Assembly (NCBI GenBank): GCA_965215505.1
Contig: OZ244065.1
Location: 1,088,001-1,152,000 of the forward strand
DNA length: 64,000 bases
DNA from: Capsulimonadaceae bacterium
Lineage (GTDB): Bacteria; Armatimonadota; Armatimonadia; Armatimonadales; Capsulimonadaceae
Reading direction: 5' to 3'
The translations under genes were made by a program, and so were the position numbers. This document shows positions 47,000 through 57,321 of the stretch, piece after piece (position 1 is the stretch's first letter; every line of letters begins with the position of its first letter). Below the pieces are notes generated by a model. That model searched no databases. It worked only from the letters and a program-made list of their open reading frames with translations, and was not told the DNA's origin.

Positions 47000-48058
47000 A
47001 TGAGCAACCCAGACAACAGCAGCGCGTATGCGCGGGCGGGCGTAGACATTGACGCGGCCTCGGACGCGGTTAGACGCATGAAGGCCCACATCAGGACGAC
47101 CACGACGCCGGGCGTGCTGACGGAGGTGGGCAGTTTCGGCGGCATGTTCGCGCTGTCCGCGCTGGGGACTCTGGCGGACCCGGTGCTGGTGTCGAGCATT
47201 GACGGGGTGGGCACGAAGCTGAAGATCGCCTTCGCGACGGGGCGGCACGACACGGTGGGCAAAGATCTGGTGTCACACTGCGTCAACGACATCCTGGTGC
47301 AGGGGGCGCGGCCTCTGTTCTTTTTGGACTACTTCGGGACCGGGAGGCTGGAGCCGGGCGTGGCCGCCGAGGTGGTCAAGGGCCTGGCGGAGGGCTGCCG
47401 GGCGGCGGGGTGCGCGCTGATCGGCGGCGAGACGGCGGAAATGCCGGGGCTGTATGGGGACGGCGAGTACGACCTGGCGGGCTGCATCGTCGGGCTGGTG
47501 GAGCGGGCGAAGGTCGTGGACGGGGCGGGCGTTGCGGTTGGCGATGTCCTGCTGGGGCTGGCCTCGGAGGGCCTGCACACGAACGGCTACTCGCTGGCCC
47601 GGCAGGCGCTCTTGGAAGACGCCGGGATGAGGCTGGACGGGCCAGTTCTGGAACTCGGGGGCGTGACGCTGGGGGAGGCTCTGCTGTGGCCGCATCGGTG
47701 CTATGCGCCCGCCGTCCTGCCGCTGCTGGACCTCTCCCCCACCCCGATCAAGGCGATGGCGCACATCACGGGCGGCGGGTTCGTGGACAACATCCCGCGC
47801 GTCCTCCCGGATGGCATAGGCGTCTGGGTCGACCGGGGGGCGTGGACCGTACCGCCGCTGTTCCGTCTGATCCAGGACAAGGGCGGCGTGTCCGAGGCGG
47901 AGATGTTCCGCGTGTTCAACATGGGGATCGGATTCGTCCTGATCGTCCCGGCGGGGGCGGCAGACGAGATGCTGGCACAGCTGCGGGCGTCGGGCGAGAC
48001 TGCCTGCCGTCTGGGCGAGGCCGTGGCCGGCGAAGGGGTGACGTTTGCCGGCGGGTGA
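47000..48058 (+). CDS. purM: Phosphoribosylformylglycinamidine cyclo-ligase
   Basis: YARAGVDI, DGVGTKL, GGETAEMPG, GLHTNGYSL and FNMGIG. Confidence 0.96.
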   Translation: MSNPDNSSAYARAGVDIDAASDAVRRMKAHIRTTTTPGVLTEVGSFGGMFALSALGTLADPVLVSSIDGVGTKLKIAFATGRHDTVGKDLVSHCVNDILVQGARPLFFLDYFGTGRLEPGVAAEVVKGLAEGCRAAGCALIGGETAEMPGLYGDGEYDLAGCIVGLVERAKVVDGAGVAVGDVLLGLASEGLHTNGYSLARQALLEDAGMRLDGPVLELGGVTLGEALLWPHRCYAPAVLPLLDLSPTPIKAMAHITGGGFVDNIPRVLPDGIGVWVDRGAWTVPPLFRLIQDKGGVSEAEMFRVFNMGIGFVLIVPAGAADEMLAQLRASGETACRLGEAVAGEGVTFAGG

Positions 48059-48082
48059 CGGCAAGCCTGGAAAGGTTTTCTC

Positions 48083-50599
48083 ATGTGTTTCCGTGTCCTG
48101 TGGGGCTTTCTGTTCGCGTTAGCCGTTCTTATTGCGCCAATTGCTTGCGCGGCTCCTGCGCGGCCCACGCAGTCGCTTGGGGCGTTCATCGCGCCGGCGG
48201 ACGCCTGGGCGTCCAGTTCGCAGACGTCGGCAGGGCGGACGGCGCGCAAGCTGATCGACGGGTCGGGCTGGGACGAGGCGGTACCGGGCAGCGGCGTCTA
48301 TGTGCATACGAGTGACGTTTCCAGCGACGGCAATTGCATGTGGAACGGGGCACCGGATGCGTGGCTGGTCTTCGACCTGGGGAAGATATACCGGGTCAAC
48401 AGCGTTTACGTCTGGAACTACAACGAGGGCGGCGGGTGGAACAGCCGGAGCGTGAAGGATGTGGCGGTCTCGGCCTCCACGGGCGGCAAGGAGTTCCGGC
48501 CCGTCGGGACGTTCACGCTGGCGGAGGCGTCCGGGCGCGATGACGACGCGGGGCAGGCGGTCGCCTTCCCCGCCGTCACGCGGGCGCGGTATTTCAAGTT
48601 CCAGATCCTCTCCAACTACCGGGGCGGTGAAAGCTCGGGGCTGTCTGAAGTGCGCTTCAGCAACGCCGACTTGAAGGCCACGGCCACGCATCCCCTCGTC
48701 TGGAAGCCGCCTTATGCACGGCCGGTTTACGCACGTCGCCCGCTGGGTCAGCCGCTTGCCGGGGCGGAGAACATCGTGTACCCCGCCGACGCGAGCGTCG
48801 TGGACGTGACGAAGCCGCCCTACGCTGCCAAAGGGGACGGGCGGACGGACGACACGGCGGCGATCCAGAAGGCGCTGGACGACAACCCGAGCCGGGGCGC
48901 GATCATCTATCTGCCGAACGGCGTTTATTCGGTTTCCGACACGCTGCACTGGCCGCACGGCGGCAACTCAGGCGGTGAGGAGAAGGAGACGGTGCTGCAA
49001 GGGCAGAGCCGGGCGGGGACCGTCATCAGGCTGCGGGACGCCTGTCCCGGCTTCGGCGATGTGCGGCACCCGAAGGCACCGCTTTATACGGGCAAGGGGC
49101 CGGCACAGCGGTTCGGCAACGAGGTCCATAACTTGACGGTGGACACGGGGGCGGGCAATGCGGGCGCGTGCGGCATCCAGTTCATCGCCAACAACCAGGG
49201 CGGCGTTTATGACGTCTCCATCGTCTCGGGCGACGGGCGAGGCGTGGTCGGACTGGACATGGGCTACACGGACGAGCAGGGGCCGTGCCTGATCAAGAAC
49301 GTCTCGGTGCGCGGCTTCGGCCTGGGCATCCACGTCGCCACGTCGGTCGCGAGCGAGACATTGGAACACATCACGGTCGAGTATCAGGGCAGAGCGGGCG
49401 TCCGCAACGACGGCCAGCCCTGCACGGTACGCGACCTCCACAGCGTTAATGCCGTGCCGGCGTTTGTCGCGGCGGGCGGCTTCTCGGTCCTGGTCGGCGC
49501 GCACCTGAAGGGGGTGGGCGCGGCATCGGGGCAGCCCGCCGTGGTCGCCGACGCGCCGCTCTCGGCGCGCAACATCGAGACATCCGGGTATCGGGTCGCC
49601 ATCGCCGGCCGGGTCGGGGGCAGGCAGGACCTGATCGGGCCGAACATCCCCCTGTTCCTGAGCAAGCCCGCCGCCAGCCTCTTCGGCTCGCCCGGCCCGC
49701 CGCTGGCCCTGCCGGTTCGCGAGACGCCCGAGGCCCCCTGGGACAAGCTTTCGGCTTGGGTGTCGCCGCAGCGTTTCGGCGCGGCGGCGGACGGCGACCG
49801 GGACGCAAGCGCGGCGATCCAGTCGGCCATCGATTCGGGCGCGACGACGGTCTATCTGCCGCGCGGGGATTACAAGGTCGGGCACACCATCGTCATCCGT
49901 GGCGGTGTCCGCAGGATAATCGGGTGCAAGGCGAGTCTGAGCGTCATCGCGCCACTGAGCGCGTCGGCGCAGCCGGTCTTCCGGTTTGCCGAGGGAAGCC
50001 AGCCGGTCGTGACGGTGGAGGGGCTGAACACGGATTTCAGCGGCGGCCCGTTCTGGTTCATGCAGGACGACGCGGCGCGGACTCTGGTCTTGCGGCGGCT
50101 CGCCATCAACTTCCAGGCGGCGGACGCCTTTCACGGGTCGGGTCCGGGGGCGGTCTTTTTGGAGGACGTGGTCGGGCGGTATTTCCGGTTCCACGGGGAG
50201 ACGGTGTGGGCGCGGCAGTTCAATCCGGAGGGGACGGGGCTGCACGTCCTGAACGACGCCGGGACGATGTGGATTTTGGGGCTGAAGACGGAGGGCGGCG
50301 GGACACTGCTGGAAACGAAGGGCGGCGGGCGGACGGAGTTGCTGGGCAGCTTTAGCTACACGACGGGGGGAGGCAAGCTGGCCCCGATGCTGGTGGTGAC
50401 CGACTCGCAGGCCAGCTTCAGCTTCAGCGAGGTCTGCTACTCGGGGGACCCGTTCACCGTGATCATCCGGGAGACGCGGGGCGGGGAGACGCGCGAGATG
50501 ACGCTGGCCGACCCGCGCTGGGCCGGCCACCTGACGCTGCTGACGGAGGGCACGCCGGTTCCTGCCCCGGTCAGTACCCCCGGCGGCCGATCAAAGTGA
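48083..50599 (+). CDS. Secreted beta-helix glycan-active protein (pectate lyase 3/GH55-like) with an N-terminal discoidin-like domain
   Basis: FDLG...VWNYN; AKGDGRTDDTAAIQKAL..IYLPNGVY, repeated as DASAAIQSAID..VYLPRGDY. Confidence 0.78.
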   Translation: MCFRVLWGFLFALAVLIAPIACAAPARPTQSLGAFIAPADAWASSSQTSAGRTARKLIDGSGWDEAVPGSGVYVHTSDVSSDGNCMWNGAPDAWLVFDLGKIYRVNSVYVWNYNEGGGWNSRSVKDVAVSASTGGKEFRPVGTFTLAEASGRDDDAGQAVAFPAVTRARYFKFQILSNYRGGESSGLSEVRFSNADLKATATHPLVWKPPYARPVYARRPLGQPLAGAENIVYPADASVVDVTKPPYAAKGDGRTDDTAAIQKALDDNPSRGAIIYLPNGVYSVSDTLHWPHGGNSGGEEKETVLQGQSRAGTVIRLRDACPGFGDVRHPKAPLYTGKGPAQRFGNEVHNLTVDTGAGNAGACGIQFIANNQGGVYDVSIVSGDGRGVVGLDMGYTDEQGPCLIKNVSVRGFGLGIHVATSVASETLEHITVEYQGRAGVRNDGQPCTVRDLHSVNAVPAFVAAGGFSVLVGAHLKGVGAASGQPAVVADAPLSARNIETSGYRVAIAGRVGGRQDLIGPNIPLFLSKPAASLFGSPGPPLALPVRETPEAPWDKLSAWVSPQRFGAAADGDRDASAAIQSAIDSGATTVYLPRGDYKVGHTIVIRGGVRRIIGCKASLSVIAPLSASAQPVFRFAEGSQPVVTVEGLNTDFSGGPFWFMQDDAARTLVLRRLAINFQAADAFHGSGPGAVFLEDVVGRYFRFHGETVWARQFNPEGTGLHVLNDAGTMWILGLKTEGGGTLLETKGGGRTELLGSFSYTTGGGKLAPMLVVTDSQASFSFSEVCYSGDPFTVIIRETRGGETREMTLADPRWAGHLTLLTEGTPVPAPVSTPGGRSK

Positions 50600-51464
50600 T
50601 GGCGACGGCGACGCCAAACACGGCGACGGCGGCCTGGACAGGGAACGGGTCGGGGGCGGGCGGCGGGAGGGAGACGATGCCGGTTTCGTCCGTTCGGGCG
50701 GGGCTGCCGACGTAGCGGCCATGGGCGGGGGCGGTGAAGGCGTCGGCGAACAGGTGGAGGTCAGCGGCGACCTCGGGACCGGTGAGAGGCCGTCCGTGGC
50801 CGCAGCCGATGGCGAAAGGATTGAAGGAGGCCAGGAGTCGGACGGAGCTTTCGGATGCCGGCCAGTCGCAGGTGAACGGGGCGGGCGGGCGGGAGAGCTG
50901 GGGCGCTTTGGCGACGAGGGCCGGGAGCGAGTCCAGGTTGACCGTGGCGAAGGCATCCCCGGCCACCAGGGTACCGTCCTCGGGGCGGAAGTAGGAGACG
51001 TGGCCGGGCGAGTGTCCCGGCGTCGGGTGCCATTCCCAGTCGGGGAGGCCAGGCACGACGCCGCCTTCGGGCAGCGGCAGGACGCGGTCGCCGAGGTCGG
51101 TCACGTTCATGGGGAAGACGCGCGAGAGCATCGCCATCGCGCCGCCGACGGTCGGGTCCTTGGGCGGGTATTTAGACTTGCCGGTGAGATACGGCATCTC
51201 CAGCGGGTGGGCGTAGACGGGGACGTTCCAGGCGTCCGAGAGCGCCAGGGCCGACCCGACATGGTCGGCATGCCCGTGGGTCAGCAGGATGGCCTCGGGC
51301 CGCGCGCCCTCGCCGTAGCGCTCCCGCGCGGCGGCCTGGATTCGCGCGGCACTGCCGGGCGCTCCGGCATCCACCAGCACCCAGGGGCGGCCGGGCGCTC
51401 CGACGAAGTAGACGTTCTCGATGGACAGGGGCAGGGCGGCGACGTTCGGGGCGATCTCTTGCAT
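50571..51464 (-). CDS. MBL-fold metallo-hydrolase
   Basis: THGHADHVG, PGHSPGH, GDA and GHG. Confidence 0.88.
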   Translation of the reverse strand: MQEIAPNVAALPLSIENVYFVGAPGRPWVLVDAGAPGSAARIQAAARERYGEGARPEAILLTHGHADHVGSALALSDAWNVPVYAHPLEMPYLTGKSKYPPKDPTVGGAMAMLSRVFPMNVTDLGDRVLPLPEGGVVPGLPDWEWHPTPGHSPGHVSYFRPEDGTLVAGDAFATVNLDSLPALVAKAPQLSRPPAPFTCDWPASESSVRLLASFNPFAIGCGHGRPLTGPEVAADLHLFADAFTAPAHGRYVGSPARTDETGIVSLPPPAPDPFPVQAAVAVFGVAVAITLIGRRGY

Positions 51465-51477
51465 GTGGCGTTCCTTT

Positions 51478-52461
51478 TCAGACTTCTTTGAGCGCGGCGG
51501 TGGCGGCGCAGACGGACTCGTCGGCACGGCCATAGTACAGGAAGAACCGCCCGGCGAACCGGGCCGTTCCCATCGCGAACAGGACGTAGTTGTTTTCGCC
51601 CTGCTCGTCCGCGAACCGGGCCGAAACCTCGTCGGCGCTTTCCCCGCGCAGGAGCGGGCCGGGGGAGCGCCAGAGCAGGCGCGCGGGATCGTGGCGGTCG
51701 AACACGGCGACGCCCGGCTCGTAATGCATCGGCGTTCCCGCCGAGATCCGGTTGTAGATCAAGACGATGCCTTCCGGTGTCACAAAGGGAGGCGGCCCGA
51801 CCTCGATACCGTTCTCCGCCGTGCCGGGATGGGGCGTCAGCACCGGCGTCGGATGGTCCTCCCAGGCGATGCCGTCCGGCGAGGAGGCCAGCCGGATGTC
51901 GCCCTCGCCGTAATACATCCAGTAGCGGCCCGCGACCCGCTCGCTCAGGATGCCACCCGACTTGGCCGTAAAGGGGAACACCGGGCCGTGTTCGCGCCAG
52001 GTGTAAAGGTCGTCGGACTCGGCCAGGAACAATCTGATCGTCCCGCCGAAGTCATACAGCGATGCGCCCGAGAACGCCGTGCAGGTCATCAGGAAGCGCC
52101 CGTCGTCCATGCGCGTGACGCGCGGGTCTTCCACGCCGCGCGTCTTCCGGGCCGCCCACGGCCCCCCCGTGCCCAGGACCGGCTTGTCGCTCATGCGCTC
52201 GAAGTGCAGGCCGTCCGCGCTACGCGCCAGGCCCAGACGGCTGGTGTAGAGGTTGTCCTCCCGGATGTCGGCGGGCGGGACGTCCTCGGCCCGGTACACC
52301 ATCCACACCGCCCCGTTCCAGACGACGGTGGAGGCATTGTAGACCGCCCCCGCTTCCCAGGGCTGGGAGGGGCTGGCCGCCAGGATGGGGTTGCCCGGAT
52401 GCTTTTCCAAAGCGCCGCGCCAGGGGAGGAGGGAGAGAGCGTCGGCATCAGCGTCGTTCAT
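51478..52461 (-). CDS. GH130-like glycosidase/phosphorylase
   Basis: NPIL, VYNA, YRAED, GLARSADG and GVEDPRV. Confidence 0.82.
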   Translation of the reverse strand: MNDADADALSLLPWRGALEKHPGNPILAASPSQPWEAGAVYNASTVVWNGAVWMVYRAEDVPPADIREDNLYTSRLGLARSADGLHFERMSDKPVLGTGGPWAARKTRGVEDPRVTRMDDGRFLMTCTAFSGASLYDFGGTIRLFLAESDDLYTWREHGPVFPFTAKSGGILSERVAGRYWMYYGEGDIRLASSPDGIAWEDHPTPVLTPHPGTAENGIEVGPPPFVTPEGIVLIYNRISAGTPMHYEPGVAVFDRHDPARLLWRSPGPLLRGESADEVSARFADEQGENNYVLFAMGTARFAGRFFLYYGRADESVCAATAALKEV

Positions 52462-52488
52462 CGTGTCCCTTTGTTGCAGGGCGCGGCC

Positions 52489-52887
52489 CTACTCGGCGTC
52501 TTTTTCGCCGTCTTTGTTCAGGCGGGCGAGGTAGCCGGCGACCACGGTGACCAGATGCTCCGGGCTGAAGGGCTTGGTGATGTACTCGTCCACGCCGATC
52601 TCCACGCCCTTTCGGATGTCCTCCTCCTGGGCTTTGGCCGAGAGCATGATGATCGGCAGGCCCGCCGTCGCCGGGTCCGCCCGGACGGCCCGCGCCACCT
52701 CGTAGCCGTCGATGCGGGGCATCATGATGTCCAGCAGGACCAGGTCGGGGGCGTGGGCGCGGATCTTCTCCAGGGCCTCCTCGCCGTTGACGGCGACCTG
52801 CATCTCATGGCCCTGCCGGGCCAGGATGAATTCCATCAGCCGCACGATGGTCGGCTCGTCGTCCACCACCAGTATTTTGTACGCCAT
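52489..52887 (-). CDS. Stand-alone response regulator receiver
   Basis: VVDDE, LLDIMMP and KPF. Confidence 0.93.
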   Translation of the reverse strand: MAYKILVVDDEPTIVRLMEFILARQGHEMQVAVNGEEALEKIRAHAPDLVLLDIMMPRIDGYEVARAVRADPATAGLPIIMLSAKAQEEDIRKGVEIGVDEYITKPFSPEHLVTVVAGYLARLNKDGEKDAE

Positions 52888-53072
52888 GTGACCCTTCCTC
52901 GGATTCGTTCTCAGCCCCTATTGTACCTGACACGCCGGGCATAAGGGACGGGCGGGAGAACCCAAATTGGGAGGGGCAGGTTTGTCAACCGGGCGGACAC
53001 GGTATAATGGCGGAGACGCCGACATCCCAAGGGGCGTCATATCAGGCGTCGCATTAGAAGTGAGGGCTTTCC

Positions 53073-53261
53073 ATGAATAAGGACGTGCAGGGGCTGATCT
53101 ACGGCGCGAGCGTCGTGTCCATTATCACGGCGATCTACATGTATGCGACCGGCAAGAAGGACACGGGCATCTTCATCGGGCTGTGGGCACCGACGTTCCT
53201 GTCGCTGGGGACGTTCTACAACACCGAGACCCGCGTGGCGAAGGACGAGAGCGCGCCATAG
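53073..53261 (+). CDS. Small membrane protein (GIFIGLWAPT motif)
   Basis: Two TM segments; GAGGG RBS; downstream hairpin at 53309-53332. Confidence 0.65.
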   Translation: MNKDVQGLIYGASVVSIITAIYMYATGKKDTGIFIGLWAPTFLSLGTFYNTETRVAKDESAP

Positions 53262-53503
53262 ACGGTGCGGCCGGACTGTGAACGGCAAGACGCAGGGCAA
53301 GACGAGCGGGGGGCGGCCATGTGGCCGCCCCCTGTTCGGTTGTGGCAGGGGGAAGAGGAGAGGAAGGGAACGAGTGAAGGACCCGGCGTTTGTCAGGGCC
53401 GACACGCGAGCGGGTCGGTGCGCGAGCGGGTCGGCTCCATTCGTCCCGGCCCCGTTGTCACCGGCGAAGCCGGGAATAGACCGGCCCTTCGGGGCTTTGG
53501 ACA

Positions 53504-53554
53504 GGAGCAGGCAGGAGATGGGAGCAGGCAGGAGATGGGAGCAGGCAGGAGAAG
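53504..53554 (+). repeat. 17-bp tandem repeat GGAGCAGGCAGGAGATG, three copies
   Basis: Two exact copies and one variant. Confidence 0.85.
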
Positions 53555-53573
53555 AGGGCGCGGAGGGGAGAAG

Positions 53574-53598
53574 AGGGCGCGGCAAGCGGCGCCCCTAC
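53574..53598 (-). repeat. GTAG-type REP
   Basis: Minus strand GTAGGGGCGCCGCTTGCCGCGCCCT. Confidence 0.75.
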
Positions 53599-53732
53599 GA
53601 GGCGGGAATGGTGCTGTCCGAGAACCCGAAGCCCGGCGAGTCTCGGTCATGGGAGGCTCATGCAGCAGGTTTCACCGTCCGCCTCCGGCCCCGGCCCGTG
53701 CGCCGCCGGTCAGGCCCGCTGACCGCCCGGCG

Positions 53733-53930
53733 TCACCACCCGGCTTGGGCGGTGACCATCTCCCACTGGAGGAATTGCAGGTACACGCGGCCCATCGGGC
53801 AGTCGGGGTGGTCGGCGGTATATGCCTCCGCCCATTCCAGTTCGCGGGCCAGCATCAGGAAGTTTTCCTCGGCCGCCGTCCACAGAGTCTCCGCCGCATT
53901 GCCGTCCAGTCTCTCGTCGTTCATCGTCAT
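53733..53930 (-). CDS. Small hypothetical protein
   Basis: TATAAT and a G-rich RBS upstream; helical composition. Confidence 0.45.
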   Translation of the reverse strand: MTMNDERLDGNAAETLWTAAEENFLMLARELEWAEAYTADHPDCPMGRVYLQFLQWEMVTAQAGW

Positions 53931-54045
53931 GTCCCCCGCCCTCGTTCGATCTTGGGGCCATTATAAACCATCGGCGGGCGGCCTTCAACAGCAAAAGTAC
54001 GGGTTTTTGCGGGCTGCTCAACCGGGGCTTTCCAGCAGACGGTAT

Positions 54046-54144
54046 GGAACTCTGCGAAACCTCCGGGTGTTTTTACTTGTAAGAGCAGTGAACAATGGGA
54101 CGCGGCTGTGGAACAATGGGAACATTGTGAGAGTCGGGGACGTA
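54046..54144 (+). promoter_or_regulatory. Two tandem ECF-type promoters
   Basis: GGAAC-N17-TGTT (54046-54071) and GGAAC-N17-CGTA (54119-54144). Confidence 0.6.
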
Positions 54145-54166
54145 TTGGGAGGGGAGGACGCAGACC

Positions 54167-54787
54167 ATGGCAGAAGTGGCCGAAGCCGTACCGGGACAAT
54201 TAGGGACAGTCGCGCGTGAGCAGCCGGGCCGTCGGGCGGAGTTCGACCGGCTCGTGGAGCGCTACCACAAGCAGGCGTATAACATCGCCTATCGCATGAC
54301 GGGCAACCACGCCGACGCGGAGGACTTGACGCAGGAGGCGTTCGTGCGCGCCTTCCGGTTCTTCGGCAACTACCGCCGGGACTGGCCGTTCGACAACTGG
54401 CTGTACAAGATCATGTCCAACCTGTTCGTGGACGACCTGCGGCGGCGTCCCAAGGCGCACCTCCAGTCGCTGGACCAGCCGCTGGACCTGAGCGGCGGCG
54501 GGGACGTCTATCTGGAGATCCCCGATGCTGCGTCCAATCCCGAGCGCATGGTCATGTCGCACGAGCTGGACGAACACATCCAGCGCGCCCTGAACGGCCT
54601 GCCGAACGATTTCCGCATGACCGTGATCCTCGCGGACATCGAGGGGATGTCTTACGAGGAGATCAGCGTCGCGATGAAGTGTTCCTTGGGGACGGTCCGG
54701 TCCCGCCTGCACCGGGGCCGCAAGCTGCTCCGGGCCAAGATCGCCGCCTTTGAGCGCGACGGCCTGATGCCCGTGGGCCGCGTCTGA
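54167..54787 (+). CDS. ECF RNA polymerase sigma factor (SigE/SigW-like)
   Basis: DAEDLTQEAFVRAF, WLYKI and GTVRSRLHRGR. Confidence 0.93.
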   Translation: MAEVAEAVPGQLGTVAREQPGRRAEFDRLVERYHKQAYNIAYRMTGNHADAEDLTQEAFVRAFRFFGNYRRDWPFDNWLYKIMSNLFVDDLRRRPKAHLQSLDQPLDLSGGGDVYLEIPDAASNPERMVMSHELDEHIQRALNGLPNDFRMTVILADIEGMSYEEISVAMKCSLGTVRSRLHRGRKLLRAKIAAFERDGLMPVGRV

Positions 54788-54836
54788 CGGATCTCATTCT
54801 CATGCCAACTCTCATGCCACAGGAGTGTGTCGCGAC

Positions 54837-55472
54837 TTGAACTGCCACCGCGCCCGACAACTGATTTCCCCGTATCTCGACCAGCAGCTCACGGGGCGGG
54901 AGATGCTGGCCTTGCAGCAGCACTTCTCCGAATGCGAGTCGTGCGAGGCCGAACGGCATTCCATCCGGCAGGTCAAGACGCTGCTGCGGTCGCTCCACGA
55001 GCCGCGGCCCCGCACCGAACTCCAAGGGGCGATCTTCGCGCGGCTTGCGGAATCGGAGCAGCCCTGGCGGTTCACTCTGCTGACTGTATCCCCCCACCGC
55101 CCGCAGCGGGGGCGGCGGCTGGCGACCGCGCTGGCGCTTTCCTGCATGACCGTCCTGTCTTTCGCGGCGGCCTGCTTTGCCCCGGCCGCGCACAACGGCG
55201 CGCTGGCCTCTTCCGGGTTTTTTTTCCCCTCGGGACCGACCCCGGTCCGGACGATGCCGACGGACGAGGCGAGTCTTTCGCCTCTGACCGACCCGTCCCG
55301 CCCCGACTTCCTGAGCCAGCCGGGGACCGTGGGGGTGCGCCGCGAGCGACTGTTCAGCAGCCAGGGGGCGGCCCCGCCGCAGCCCGAGCTGAGGCTGTCG
55401 CCTTTGCCGGACGGGTCGGTCCCCGATTACATGCAGGGGCAGGCTTCCTTCGCCGAATACCGTACCCGGTAG
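54837..55472 (+). CDS. Zinc-binding anti-sigma factor (zf-HC2)
   Basis: C..AR..IS.YLD..L and HFSECESC (HxxxCxxC); one TM; TTG start chosen after AGGAG. Confidence 0.85.
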   Translation: MNCHRARQLISPYLDQQLTGREMLALQQHFSECESCEAERHSIRQVKTLLRSLHEPRPRTELQGAIFARLAESEQPWRFTLLTVSPHRPQRGRRLATALALSCMTVLSFAAACFAPAAHNGALASSGFFFPSGPTPVRTMPTDEASLSPLTDPSRPDFLSQPGTVGVRRERLFSSQGAAPPQPELRLSPLPDGSVPDYMQGQASFAEYRTR

Positions 55473-55514
55473 CGCCCGCGCGTTTCCCCTGACCGTACAG
55501 AGAGAAGTTCCATC

Positions 55515-57077
55515 ATGCCCGCGTCCCGTCCTTCCCATCCCATCTCCCGCCGCCTGCTGCCGCTGCTCGCCGGCCTGACCATGCCCGGCTTCGTCGGCGC
55601 GGCCCATGCCGCGCCGGGGGCGACGGCGGGGACGATCCCCAGCCCGCCCACCACGGCGGCCCAGAAGTCCATGCTGCTCCAGATGCAGGACGCCTTCACC
55701 AACATCGCGACGACGGTCGAGCCAACTGTCGTCAACATCAAGGCGGAGCGGCTGCGCGCGGCGGACTCGTCGGACGGCTCGGGCGGGGACCCGGCCGCGC
55801 CGCCCACCCGGCGTCGCGGGGGCAGTGGCCCCCGGCTGCCGTTCCCCACCCCGCGCCGCTCCGAGGCGACCGGGTCGGGCGTCATCGTGCGTTCGGACGG
55901 CTACATCCTGACCAACGACCATGTGGTGGAGGGGGCGAGCGGCGGGGTCGTCACGGTGACTCTGGCGGACGGGCGTGAGTACCAGGGGAAGGTTTATGCG
56001 GACTTCAAGAGCGATCTGGCCGTGGTGAAGATCGATCCGGGCGCGACGCCGCTCCCGGCGGCTGGCTTCGCCGACTCGGACGCCGTCCGCCCCGGCCAGT
56101 GGGCGGTCGCCATCGGCAGCCCGTTTGACTTGCAGAACACCATGACGGTGGGCGTCATCAGCGCCGTGGGCCGCCACCAGAGCATCGGGGGCGAGTCGTC
56201 GGCCCGGTATTACCCGGACCTGCTCCAGACGGACGCCGCCATCAACCCCGGCAACTCGGGCGGGCCGCTGTTCAACATTGACGGCAAGGTGGTCGGGATC
56301 AATGTCGCGATCGAGTCGCCGGTGGAGGGCAGCGCGGGGGTCGGGTTCGCCATCCCCAGCGCCATCGCGCAGGCGGTGATGAACGCCCTGATCCAGTCCG
56401 GCAAGGTGACGCGCGGCTATCTGGGGATCGCGCCCGAGGACCTGACGCCCGCCTTGCAGACGCAGTACGGCCAGAAGGACGGCGCGTTCATCCACGACGT
56501 CACGCTGAACAGCCCGGCGGGCAAGGCGGGGATGCAGGCAGCCGACATCGTCACCGCCTACGACGGCAAGCCCGTGCGCGGCGAGGTCGCCCTGCGCGCC
56601 CTCATCAGCGCGACGCCGCCCCAGAAGACGGTCGCCATCGCCTATATACGCGACGGCCGGCCGGGCGTGGCCTCAGTCACCCTGGGCACGGCCCCCGTCC
56701 TGCCCGATGAGACGACGGCCCCGGTCGCGCCCCCCAAGCCGGTCGTGCCGTCCGCCAACCCGCTCGGCCTGAACGTGCGCGACTTGACGGCGACGGACCG
56801 GGTGACCCTGAGCCTGCCGCCGACGACGACCGGCGTCATCATCACGGGCGCGGACGCGGGCAGCCCCGGCGAGACGGCGGGCGAGACGGCGGGCCTGACG
56901 CCGAATGGGACTCTGAACGGAGTCGTGCTGCAAAAGATCGGCCGGAAGACCATCGGGAGCAAGGCGGATTACAGCCGGGCCGCCGCGACACTGACCTCCG
57001 GTGCGGGCACGACCCTGGTGCTGCTCACGACCGACGGCGGCAGCGTCCACCAGACAGCCCTGACTCTTCGGCTGTGA
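55515..57077 (+). CDS. HtrA/DegP serine protease with PDZ domains
   Basis: TNDHV, DLAV, TDAAINPGNSGG and RGYLGI. Confidence 0.95.
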   Translation: MPASRPSHPISRRLLPLLAGLTMPGFVGAAHAAPGATAGTIPSPPTTAAQKSMLLQMQDAFTNIATTVEPTVVNIKAERLRAADSSDGSGGDPAAPPTRRRGGSGPRLPFPTPRRSEATGSGVIVRSDGYILTNDHVVEGASGGVVTVTLADGREYQGKVYADFKSDLAVVKIDPGATPLPAAGFADSDAVRPGQWAVAIGSPFDLQNTMTVGVISAVGRHQSIGGESSARYYPDLLQTDAAINPGNSGGPLFNIDGKVVGINVAIESPVEGSAGVGFAIPSAIAQAVMNALIQSGKVTRGYLGIAPEDLTPALQTQYGQKDGAFIHDVTLNSPAGKAGMQAADIVTAYDGKPVRGEVALRALISATPPQKTVAIAYIRDGRPGVASVTLGTAPVLPDETTAPVAPPKPVVPSANPLGLNVRDLTATDRVTLSLPPTTTGVIITGADAGSPGETAGETAGLTPNGTLNGVVLQKIGRKTIGSKADYSRAAATLTSGAGTTLVLLTTDGGSVHQTALTLRL

Positions 57078-57127
57078 CCAAATAGGCGGCTATGACCAAA
57101 CAAATGAAGAATACCTGCCCCAAGCCC

Positions 57128-57156
57128 TTGACATCGGGGGCGAGGGCGGGTATACT
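57128..57156 (+). promoter_or_regulatory. tRNA promoter TTGACA-17-TATACT
   Basis: Near-consensus promoter upstream of the tRNA. Confidence 0.85.
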
Positions 57157-57179
57157 CCTACTCGTAACGCAGACAACGA

Positions 57180-57253
<74 letters not shown>

Positions 57254-57260
57254 TTTCCAA

Positions 57261-57295
57261 GGCCGCTCTCAGAATGATCTGAGAGCGGCTTTTTT
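57261..57295 (+). terminator. Intrinsic terminator
   Basis: GGCCGCTCTCAGA-ATGA-TCTGAGAGCGGCT followed by TTTTT. Confidence 0.88.
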
Positions 57296-57321
57296 GTGTC
57301 TGGGTGGCCGCCACACGCCTG

